The notes below the pieces were generated by a model, which saw only the letters and a list, made by a program, of their open reading frames with translations, made no database searches and was not told the DNA's origin. Positions 1 to 10,190 of a DNA stretch of 28,549 bases are shown one piece after another. The stretch lies in contig NW_021833561.1 of assembly GCF_006345805.1 (NCBI RefSeq), positions 1-28,549 on the forward strand, read 5' to 3'. Both the position numbers and the translations under genes were made by a program. Origin of the DNA: Octopus sinensis. Lineage: Eukaryota. Numbering within the stretch: the first letter of the stretch is position 1; every line of letters starts with the position of its first letter.

Positions 1-429
1 TAGAGGCGTAGTACAGTGTTGAGAATGTGGTCACGGTGTAGGAACGTATGGCGGATTACAGTAAGAGAGAATGAAAAAAAATACAAAATAAAGAAGAACG
101 AAGAAAAAAAATATTTAGCGAATGAATGAAAGGAACAAAATGTGTCTTCTTCTCCACCGTGAAGGAATTTATTTTTACCTAGAAGAAGTCTCTTCTATAC
201 TTATTGCATACAATGTAAGACATGTATCGGAATGTGTTTTTGAGAAAAAGAAAGTGAGATTTAGACAGTTATTAAGCATAACATTGGCAATGTGTGTAGA
301 TCGAAGAAAAGAAGAAGAAAATAAAAAGAAGAGGCAAAATACAAAAAGTAAAGAAAAAGAAATAGAAAACGGTAAACAGACAGAGAAGAGAGAAAATTGA
401 TAAAATAATTGAAGCAATATTATCCGAAA

Positions 430-676
430 AGTAAATTAAATTATATACATACGTACACCCCCACCCCACACAAGAACACACACGTACGCGCTCACACAAA
501 TGTACGCACACACACGCACACACACACACACATATATATATAGAGAGAGATACATACATACACAGACACATACATATATATGTACATATATGTGTACATA
601 CACATATATGCACAAATATACAGACATACACACAAACACCCACACGACACATACACACAGACACACGTACTTATAT

Positions 677-718
<42 letters not shown>

Positions 719-720
719 CA
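430..720. repeat. Compound (CA)n/(TA)n/(TACA)n microsatellite
   Basis: Interrupted CA, TA and TACA runs; overlapping ORFs are HT/YI/CV repeat translations. Confidence 0.95.
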
Positions 721-871
721 GTAGGTAATGAATATTTTTTTAGTTGAAAATAAGTGTTAAGTTTAGTTAATTCCAAACAAAACGTAAGAAACTTTAAAAA
801 CAATTACCGGAATAAAAACAAAAGCTATGAATAAAATATGAAATGAAGAATACAATTAAATTAAGCATAAT

Positions 872-945
872 ACCAACAGCAGACAACAGCAACAGCAACA
901 ACAGCAGCATGGCACCAACAGCAGCAGTAACAGCTGTAGCAATTG
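872..945. repeat. Degenerate CAA/CAG trinucleotide tract
   Basis: caacagcagacaacagcaacagcaacaacagcagc...; no supporting ORF or splice context. Confidence 0.7.
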
Positions 946-1250
946 CAGTTAGCTTAATTGTAAATTTTGCAGAAATGTCAAATTATCCGCATGGTAGACA
1001 CAGTTCATTTTGAAATGGCTGAGACAGGAGATAAAACGAAATAACTAAGTGGATATTGTAGAGACGTAACAGTCAAATATATGCCAATTTATACCCGCAG
1101 AAAGAGGATTCACCCAGTTTCTGGCCATATTCCTATATTTTGTGTTACCACAGTTGTACTGTTGCAAGTCAATCTATCTCTCTCCGCAGCGACATAACAG
1201 AATTACACGCCATTTTAGAAGGAAAGCCCTTTCTATTTTTCTTATATATA

Positions 1251-1662
1251 GGCGCAGGAGTGGCTGTGTGGTAAGTAGCTTGTCTACCAACCACATGGTT
1301 CCGGGTTCAGTCCCACTGCGTGGCACCTTGGGCAAGTGTCTTCTACTATAGCCTCGGGCCGACCAAAGCCTTGTGAGTGGATTTGGTAGACGGAAACTGA
1401 AAGAAGCCCGTCGTAATATATGATATATATATATGTGTCTGTGTTTGTCCCCTAGCGTTGCTTGACAACCGATGCTGGTGGTTTATGTCCCCGTTACTTA
1501 GCGGTTCGGCAAAAGAGACCGATAGAATAAGTACTGGGCTTACAAAAAGAATAAGTCCCGGCGTCGAGTTGCTCGATTAAAGGCGGTGCTCCAGCATGGC
1601 CGCAGTCAAATGACTGAAACAAGTAAAAGGGAGAGTTAAAGAGTAAAAGAGCAAAAGAGTAA
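1251..1662 (+). mobile_element. tRNA-derived SINE, family A (working label), full length
   Basis: A box TGGCTGTGTGG, B box GGTTCAGTCCC, CORE-like ggcaccttgggcaagtgtctt, internal TA/TG microsatellite, 3' end ggcggtgctccagcatggccgcagtcaaatgactgaaac plus (agtaaaag)-like tail. Homologous to 8441-8833, 12984-13383, 17675-18078, 19117-19527. Confidence 0.93.
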
Positions 1663-1802
1663 TGAATATAAACATTTATGGATTCGTTTTGCAAAATTCC
1701 TGATGGGAAATCGTGTGTTGGCACAGATATTGTTATATTTGGGGACGGTCATCTTTTGGCAACTAAACACACGCACTAAATATTTGATCTTCACTTCAGT
1801 TG

Positions 1803-2160
1803 TATTACATCCGCCTTAACGAAAGCGGCGGTATTGTTTTCAGTCGTGTTTGTGTGTTTGTCCGTGGACAAGATATCTCAAGAACCGCTGGATGGATTCG
1901 AATGAAACTTTGAGAGATGTTTGGCCTTGCAAGTGGCACGAAATGGCTAGATTATGGGATTGATCCGGCACAGGACAAGAATTCTGAATTATTTTTTACT
2001 TAATTTTTGAGAGCGGTCGGGTTCATCTTTAGTATTCTCGTTTGTAAGAGCAGTCGAGTTTATTTCACATATTTTCATTTTAAAACTCATCTCTGGCTAA
2101 TCGTTGAGAGGACGATGCTGTTGCCTTGGTAGAGGTTTACGCTCTCTGAGTTCTCTTATT
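1803..2160 (+). mobile_element. DINE-1/HINE-like non-autonomous Helentron-type element
   Basis: 5' tattacatccgcc..ggcgg hairpin/subTIR, then gtttgtgtgtttgtccg microsatellite and gatatctcaagaaccgctggatggattcgaatgaaactt; 3' cttggtagaggtttacgctctctgagt (degenerate subTIR plus small ctc/gag palindrome) ending in a T-rich site. No TSD seen. Confidence 0.6.
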
Positions 2161-2399
2161 ATTATTTTAGTGTCTTTGTCACACGTCCAGTGACCTCATC
2201 AGAGACAAAATGGAATAAGGAGAACAAGAGGAGGCAGGTGGAATAGTGAGTCACTAATGAGCTCACAGGTTGTTTAATAAAAGAGCTTTGACACAGACAC
2301 TAAAATAATAATAACGAATCTGAAGTGAAGACTAAATATATAGTGCTTGTGTTTAATTGGTAACATACGACAATCCCCAAGTATAACAATGATGAATCT

Positions 2400-2467
2400 A
2401 TGTATGTAAGAAGTATGTATGTTTGTATGTATCCTGTCTGTCTTCTATATCTATCTATCTCTATCTA

Positions 2468-2533
<66 letters not shown>

Positions 2534-2560
2534 TCTTGTCTGTCTGTCTGTCCTATCTGC
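2400..2560. repeat. Compound (TATG)/(TATC)/(TA)n/(TCTG) microsatellite
   Basis: Direct reading of the sequence. Confidence 0.95.
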
Positions 2561-2590
2561 TATCTACACATGTTATTATGTAAACTATAG

Positions 2591-2800
2591 TCCGTCGCAG
2601 GTGAGCTGCAAGATGCAGGAGGCAAGAGTGAGAGAAAATTGTGGCGAAAGAGTCAGCAGAAGTTATCCATTACCTTCTTCCGGAGCTGCGTGGAGCTTAG
2701 GTGTTTCGCTCATAAACACACACATCGCCCGGTCTGCGATTCGAACCCGCGATCCCTCGGCCGTGAGTCTGCTGCTCTAACCACTAGGCCATGTGCCTCC
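2591..2800 (-). mobile_element. tRNA-derived SINE, family B1, 3'-truncated
   Basis: Reverse complement starts ggaggcacatggcctagtggttagagc...gggttcgaatc (A/B boxes) and closely matches 7665-7870; stops at ...gcagctcacctgcgacgga. Confidence 0.92.
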
Positions 2801-3246
2801 GGCAATCTATTGAATCGATACGAAAAGAATTTACGGTAAAATTGTGTCGTTGGAATTTGAACTTTTTGCTCTATAAATACTACAACGTTGTAATTAAAGA
2901 CTAAGTGGACCTGTGGTTCCATTTCTTGGACAGTTCCACTGCTACATCCACATTCACATACGCACACACACAGAAACACAAAATACCCTCGAAGGCATTC
3001 AAATATAAAGGATTTTTGATTGATCGTTAATACTTTATTCATTAACACACAACATACCCTGTCTACAGATATTCTGTTTCCTCAAGTTTTCCATTCTCTA
3101 TTTACACCAGTAACCACAGTTCTTCTGAACAAGTTTGTTATATTCTTCTCAGCGGCTTACTTTACACACCCAATAGTGATTCTCTGAAGACTCGTATACA
3201 TTCAGCTTAAAAGAACATTTACTACATCACTAATCTTCTATATTTG

Positions 3247-3572
3247 GAAGCGCAATGGCCCAGTGGTTAGGGCAGCAGACTCGCGGTCGGAGGATCGCGG
3301 TTTCGATTCCCAGACCCGGCGTTGTGTGTGTTTATTGAGCGAAAACACCTAAAAGCTCCACGAGGCTCCAGCAGGGGTTGGTGGTGGCCACCCCTGTTGT
3401 ACTCTTTCGTCACAACTTTCTCTCACTCTCTCTTCCTGTTTCTTGAGTAACGCTGCGATGGACTGCCGACCCGTCCAGCTGTGGGGGGGGGGGACACGTA
3501 CGCCACAGAAACCGGGAAACCGGGCCCATGAGCATGGCTAGTCTTGAAAAGGGCGACGTTTATCGTTTTTAT
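3247..3572 (+). mobile_element. tRNA-derived SINE, family B2, full length with 13-bp TSD
   Basis: A box TGGCCCAGTGG, B box GGTTTCGATTCC; flanked by the direct repeat TCTTCTATATTTG at 3234-3246 and 3573-3585. Confidence 0.93.
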
Positions 3573-4196
3573 TCTTCTATATTTGAAGTTTAAAGTGCTA
3601 TAACGTTATTAACAATCGATCAATTAGTCCATAATAAGTCACCCCTTATTCAATAATAGAATACCACCGCTAAATAAGGGAGACAGCTGTCTCTCAGAGT
3701 GATATAACAATCTACTACAACACCTGTGTTAACGAAATATTTGAACCCGTTACAAGCGAATGGCTAACGTTTTTCTCAGTGAGGAAGTTGATTTTTATTC
3801 GATTCTCGCATTTAATGTAATTCATACGAAGCTATACCTTTAAAGTATTTTGAGGACCCATCTACCTTTCTAGGGTATATTCATTTACAAACATATAAAA
3901 TGATTTACCTAACAGCAAACAAAACCAATAACTTCTCTAAATTTTTGTGTTTGATAGACTGGAAGGATAAAAGTTCTAGACTAAATGTCTCAAATATATG
4001 AATCTGTGTATACGTACATCTATGCACTCTTTTCTATCACTCATCTTTTATCATGCAGTGTTCTGTGCTGGATGTAAGAGGTGGGAAAGAAACATTAAAA
4101 ACATGGGAGATTTGTCGACGGAAACTGTTTTCCTTTGGTAGAAATATGCTTCAGAACATATATGACTCATACACGTTGTGTGATGTCCTCTTGATG

Positions 4197-4360
<164 letters not shown>

Positions 4361-4497
4361 TCGTTACGTGGTGTCGATATAAACAAACATGCACTTTCAA
4401 CTTGTGGCACAAAAAACACTTTTCCTTTTCACTGTTTCATTCTATATCCCAGATTTTATCTGCTCCCTTCCCTAATTTTGGGATATATATATATATG

Positions 4498-4540
<43 letters not shown>

Positions 4541-5031
4541 TTACACACACACATTGATATAAAATAAAATATCTTTTTTTTAAATTCAAAGATCCAATTT
4601 AAGGTAAAGTACTCTATAACATACACTTGAGTACAAATAATTGCTTATTTCGATTATGTCATATACAAGACTGGTCGTGTCTCATTCTGGCTTCAAAATC
4701 ATCAGATTACTAACAAAATGCTGAACTTCACGATTTATATATATATATGTATGTATGTGTATGTGTGTGTGCGTGTGCGTGTGTGATGAACTGAGATGTA
4801 GATTTGGAATGGAATTTTGTTTGGAAAATACACTGTCGAATAGAAAGCTATGTGAAGGAATTTCGTGGGCAAGAGGAATGGTATTAAGGTATGGTTTTTG
4901 AATAGGGATCTTCACGTAGATGGAGAGAAAGAAATAATAATCCTTACTACTATCTCATTTACCCTTCTTCACACATTTCCTTCGAACATCTATCACACAC
5001 ACACATACATACATACACATGCATACGCAGC

Positions 5032-5081
5032 AGATGATCTTTCAAGTCTTGTTACATCAATCAAGACTTGAAAGATCATCT
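5032..5081. other. Perfect 20-bp inverted repeat with 10-nt loop
   Basis: AGATGATCTTTCAAGTCTTG (5032-5051) / TTACATCAAT / CAAGACTTGAAAGATCATCT (5062-5081). Confidence 0.97.
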
Positions 5082-5194
5082 TCAAGAAAACTTGAGGCTG
5101 CGCAGCCAGGAAACTCCCCGATGCAGTTCGATTGATGTAGGTAAATTGACTTAACACGAAATGGTATTTGAAACAGTCTCACGCCATAGACAGA

Positions 5195-5341
5195 GCTAGG
5201 GTTTGCTTCAAGCCTCGTGGTTCTGAGATCAATTCCACTCTGCGGCTCCATGTGCGAGTGTTTATGTATTGTCGCCTCCCGTTGATCATATATCTGTAAG
5301 TGAATCTTGGTAGTAACAGGAAGCTGTGAAAGGGCATCGGA
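5195..5341 (+). mobile_element. Old, highly diverged 5' half of a family A-related SINE
   Basis: tggttctgagatcaattccact...gcgagtgttt...gtaagtgaatcttggtag...ggaagctgtgaaagggcatcg aligns colinearly with the family A head (tggttccgggttcagtcccact...gtgagtggatttggtagacggaaactgaaagaagcccgtcg). Confidence 0.55.
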
Positions 5342-5789
5342 AATGATTCTTCTTGTCCTTTAGGCTTAAGCTCAATCTGTCGCCCTGATCAACACCCAAC
5401 TGGGAATTGGGTACCTTTAGCAGATATCCGTTCATTTGCACTCTGGGTTTAACTTTTTCCATTCTCTTTTATCACTGACCGTTTTATTGTACGACTAAAC
5501 GATATGAACCTCTGCCAATACCTCGTCATCTTTTGCGGTATGACGTTGAACATGCATGGCCGCCACACGCACTCATAATCAAACACACGGATATACCAAC
5601 ACACATGTATTTTAGTTCGCTTAGCACTTATACCTAAATTTATACAAAACTTAACAACAAATAAATTTACCGAAAAAATTTCATTTAATCGTGAATAAGA
5701 ATGTTTTTTCATAGATTGAAATGTTTATTCCCTTGTGGCTAGTCTATGGATAAAAAATCCTTAACACAATAAACTATCCACTCATATCA

Positions 5790-5802
5790 CATACAGACAA
5801 GC

Positions 5803-5854
<52 letters not shown>

Positions 5855-6040
5855 ACTAACAAACAGACAAACACACACACAAACAAACATACGCACATAC
5901 ACACACAAACACTCAAACATACACACATACGCATTGAAACACGCACACATACACAAACACATTAACACACAAACACACAAACACTCAAACACACACACTC
6001 ACACACACATACGTACAGCCACGTGTATACACATAAACAA
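5790..6040. repeat. (CA)n and degenerate CA/CAAA array
   Basis: Direct reading. Confidence 0.93.
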
Positions 6041-6279
6041 ACCACCGTTTTCGAGAACCTAATTTGAAAGTATATTGTAAGTATATTTAGTGAACGTAAC
6101 ACCTTTTATACGCAGGTGAAATATGGCATTCATGTGTTAATTAAACACGAAAATTAATTAAAATTCAGTTTAATTAAGACGACTGATTAGGTTCGAAAGA
6201 AAATATATATTTTCTCAAACAGACCAATGATGATTCTCGCTGGGATTGTACCGCCGTTGATTAAACCCTTTAGCACAAT

Positions 6280-6600
6280 ATATATGAGTGTATACTCACA
6301 CGCACACACACGCACACACACACGCCACACACACATGCACGCACATATATATATGTATGTATAAATGTATAAATGTGTGTAATTAAGCATATATGCATAT
6401 TTGTGTATACGAAACTATTTGTTCATGCGTGTATATATATATATACATATATGTGTGTATGTGTGTGTATGTGTGTGTATGTGTGTGTTTATGTATATAT
6501 ATGTATGTATATATGTATATATATAAATATGTGTGTATTCTTCACAATTATTTCTCTCTCTCTCTTTCCATATATATATATATATATATATACATGTGTG
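6280..6600. repeat. Compound CA/TA/TG/TC microsatellite
   Basis: Direct reading. Confidence 0.9.
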
Positions 6601-7012
6601 TAACATTTAATGTATTTACATATACTCCTCAGTTTAGTCTACATATAATAATTCTCAGTAGTTTCACGTGTAATTTTCAAATAATATGATTATATGCTAT
6701 TAACTTCATATGAAACTTTATAATTTTACTGTTTATCGTTTTGTAATTTAAGGCTTTTATATATTCATATATTTCACGATAAATGAAGGTGGAGAATGAG
6801 CTGCTAAACTTTGTTGGTTGGGGAGAATTTTCGTTGAGGAAATTGTATATTCCGAATAAACTCTTAATATGCTAAAGCACCGGAATTGGTATAATCTCCG
6901 ACGGGTTGGTTTTGAAGAAAGTTTGATCCCCATACAGATCCCCACACAGACAATAAACCTATCTATACATTCAAGAATATAGAAAAATATTCTGCAAGTT
7001 TCCCTAACTATA

Positions 7013-7306
7013 TCTTTATATATAAAAGAGAAGTTGTGTGTCTGTCTCCTAGGATTTAGATTCCTAACTACTCCCACATTTTGCGATGCAGTTTAACCAA
7101 AACCGGGTATCTTATAGTCGTGATTCATATCAAATCCTTCTGGGTATTAGCGCGCGTGTACGATGAGTCTACGATTAAAAAAAAATTTACCATCATTTTT
7201 TTCCATTTTAATGCATTTTTGGGCTACTTTTTGGCTATAACTCTCTAAAAATGCTTATATAGTTATTTCCCTTACAAACCCGAGCAACGCCGGGCGATAC
7301 TGATAG
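7013..7306 (+). mobile_element. Non-autonomous Helitron (about 294 bp)
   Basis: Begins A|TCtttatatataaaa followed by gtgtgtctgtct; 3' hairpin cccg-agcaacgc-cggg (7279-7294) 12 nt before a degenerate terminus ATAG|T (canonical CTAG). Inserted between A and T with no TSD. Confidence 0.75.
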
Positions 7307-7664
7307 TTTGGTATATAAAATAAAGCAAATAGGCCGGTGTCCAAATTCGAATGACCAAACCGTCAACACTGCTACACTCAAATTTGCACAGTAAATTTTG
7401 GTTTTGTGAAAAAGAAAGCAATGTTTTATATGAGTCTGTAAAGCTGGTTTCTTAACAGACATGATTCACAATATTTCCTTTTCGAATATCTGCCAACAGA
7501 CCGAAAACCTCGAATATTTAGAAAAATATTGAAATTTGTCTGGGTTTGCGAGAAATAAGAAAATTTGGAATAAATTTCTTTGGGCAGATTGATGTCTTTG
7601 CGCATCCGTATTTGTAATGATTTGGGTGAAATTGAAGTTTATAGTATCTTAATATTTATACTCA

Positions 7665-7963
7665 GAGGCACATGGCCTAGTGGTTAGAGCAGCGGACAGG
7701 CGGTCGAGGGATCGCGGGTTCAAATTTCAGACCGGGCGATGTGTGTGTTTATGAGCGAAAACACCTAAGCTCCACATGGCTCCGGCAGAAGGAAATGAAC
7801 TTCTGCTGACTCTTTCGCCACAACTTTCTCTCACTCTTTCCTCCTGCATCTTGCAGCTCAGCTGAGACAGATCGGCGTCCCGTCCAGGTGGGGAACCTAT
7901 ACGCCAAGGAAAGCGGGAAATCGGCCTTATGAGCCATGCATGGCTCGAGAAGGAACAACACAC
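7665..7963 (+). mobile_element. tRNA-derived SINE, family B1, full length with TSD
   Basis: gaggcacatggcctagtggttagagc...gggttcaaatt head; aac-rich tail; direct repeat AATATTTATA at 7651-7660 and 7964-7973 (14 bp with 2 mismatches). Confidence 0.93.
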
Positions 7964-8440
7964 AATATTTATATTTACACACAAAATATTTCATTCATTT
8001 TTTTTTCGTTATAAACTGTCCTATTTTCGTTCCTCTATTTTAGCAAACCTATTTTCAATAATGGTGAACCGATGAGATCTACTTATTTATTCGGTTTTTA
8101 TTCTAGCAAAGCTTGTTATTCTTTATTCTTTTTATTCGTTTAGGGAATTAAAGCATTAGGGTTGCGGCCACGCTGGAGCATGTCCTTAATGCATTTTCTT
8201 CCAGTTTTGTCACTTTATGTCACTTGAACAAATGACAAACTTGCAAAGTCTCTTAGCAATGTATTTCTCTACATAACTGTTTGGTCACTTTGGCATAGTT
8301 TAGTATTTACATTTATCACTCTCTATCTACTTCTCTGTCTTTCTCTCACTCTCTCATTCTTGTTCTCTCTCACTGTCTATCTCTGCCCATGGTTACATAT
8401 ATATATATAGAGTGTGCAAATATACACATACATAAGTATA

Positions 8441-8833
8441 CTCTCTTTTATTTGTTTCAGTCATTTGAATGTGGCCATGCTGGAACACCGTCTTTAGTTG
8501 AGCAAATCGACCCCAGGACTTATTCTTTAGAAGCCTAGTACTTATTCTATCGGTCTCTTTTGCCGAACCGCTAAGATACGGGGACGTAAACACACCAGCA
8601 TCGGTTGTCAAGCGATGTTGGGGGTGGGACACAAACACACATACATATATATATATACATATACATATATACCACGGGCTTCCTTCAGTTTCCGTCAATA
8701 AAATACACTCACAAGGCTTTCGTCGGCCCGAGGCTATAGTAGAAGACACTTGCCCAAGGTGCCACGCAAGTGAACTGAACCCGGAACCATGTGGTTCGTA
8801 AGCAAGCTACTTACCACACAGTCACACCTGCGC
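8441..8833 (-). mobile_element. SINE family A, full length
   Basis: Reverse complement matches 1251-1662, including the internal microsatellite (about 8630-8670) and the 3' tail. Confidence 0.93.
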
Positions 8834-9059
8834 AAACATAGAGTAGTGTATGTCCATGCGAAAGACTGACCTTTAAACTAAGCCCCGGCTTTTATTCAAA
8901 AATCCGGGTAGATCCAGGTGGGGGTCTTCAACAATGATGGTCACGCCGCTAATTATGTGATATGTGAGATGTAGTGGAGCACGTTATGTTTGCACATAAG
9001 ACATATGCATACATACATCTTACTATTATTCATTCCATACGTGAACGCACAACTACAAA

Positions 9060-9065
9060 GTGACA

Positions 9066-9106
<41 letters not shown>

Positions 9107-9176
9107 GCGTACATATGAATATATGAATATATATATTACAGTTTCACACACATACACAAATGTCTGTCTCTCTCTA

Positions 9177-9208
<32 letters not shown>

Positions 9209-9252
9209 CATATACACACAAATATATATACATGTACACCACACATATATCT

Positions 9253-9306
<54 letters not shown>

Positions 9307-9340
9307 TTATTATATGTATGTATATATATGAACATATATC
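9060..9340. repeat. Compound CA/TC/TA microsatellite
   Basis: Direct reading. Confidence 0.95.
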
Positions 9341-9659
9341 ATGAATAACATACATAAATGTGTGTATGAGCACGCAGAGTGAAAGAAGTGGGATGGATTT
9401 AGGCACATGACAATACGTCACTGTAAATGTCATTTATCTATGTTATATCATGTAGCCATGGGACAGACATTTTTTTAATGAATTCTACTTTTATCTATTT
9501 TTTGAGATACACTCATTTCGTGTTGTATTAGCTTAGGTTTTTACAATATAAACTAACTATTCCTTTCTACGTTGGTAAATACGTCACCAGAACGTGAGGG
9601 ATTCATGCTTTGCCGATTTTTTCTGCCCTTTTTTTTATTTGCATACATGTGTACCATGC

Positions 9660-9696
9660 ACACACAAAGACACACACGCACACATGTGTATGTAAG

Positions 9697-9727
<31 letters not shown>

Positions 9728-9920
9728 GCATATATATATATAAATATACACACATATTATATACTTATATATATGCATATATGTATATATATATATATAT
9801 ATGTATGTATCTATCTATCTATATATATATATATATACACATAGATAGAATACATATGTATGTATATTCTTGTCTTCATATATTAACGTATATATATATA
9901 TGTAGTGTATGTATGTAATG

Positions 9921-9951
<31 letters not shown>

Positions 9952-10059
9952 TGTATGTGCGTATGTATGTATGTATGTATGTATGTATGTATGTATGTAT
10001 GTATGTAGTGTATGTATGTATGTATGTATGTATGTATGTAGTGTATGTGCGTATGTATG

Positions 10060-10090
<31 letters not shown>

Positions 10091-10190
10091 TGTATGTGCG
10101 TATGTATGTATGTATGTATATATGTATGTATGTATGTATGTATGTAGTGTATGTATGTAATGTATGTATGTAATTTCTGTCTGTATGTAT
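9660..10190. repeat. (TA)n mosaic followed by a long interrupted (TATG)n array
   Basis: TATG array about 9903-10190 with recurring gtaat, gtagt and gtgc interruptions. Confidence 0.95.

Noticed and set aside
872-945. Apparent polyglutamine-coding tract
   Set aside because: Frame shifts between CAG and ACA/GCA phases and meets a stop; no exon boundaries.
1251-1330. tRNA-like segments at the heads of SINE families A, B and D
   Set aside because: A and B boxes are present, but the cloverleaves are broken and each continues into a SINE body, so they are not tRNA genes.
2171-2207. Minus-strand CUGAUGAG flanked by stems (second hammerhead?)
   Set aside because: Stems UGUCU/AGACA and GUCAC/GUGAC exist, but there is no GAAA, stem III or cleavage triplet.
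3680-3693. 14-bp perfect palindrome GAGACAGCTGTCTC
   Set aside because: One or two such palindromes are expected by chance in 28.5 kb.
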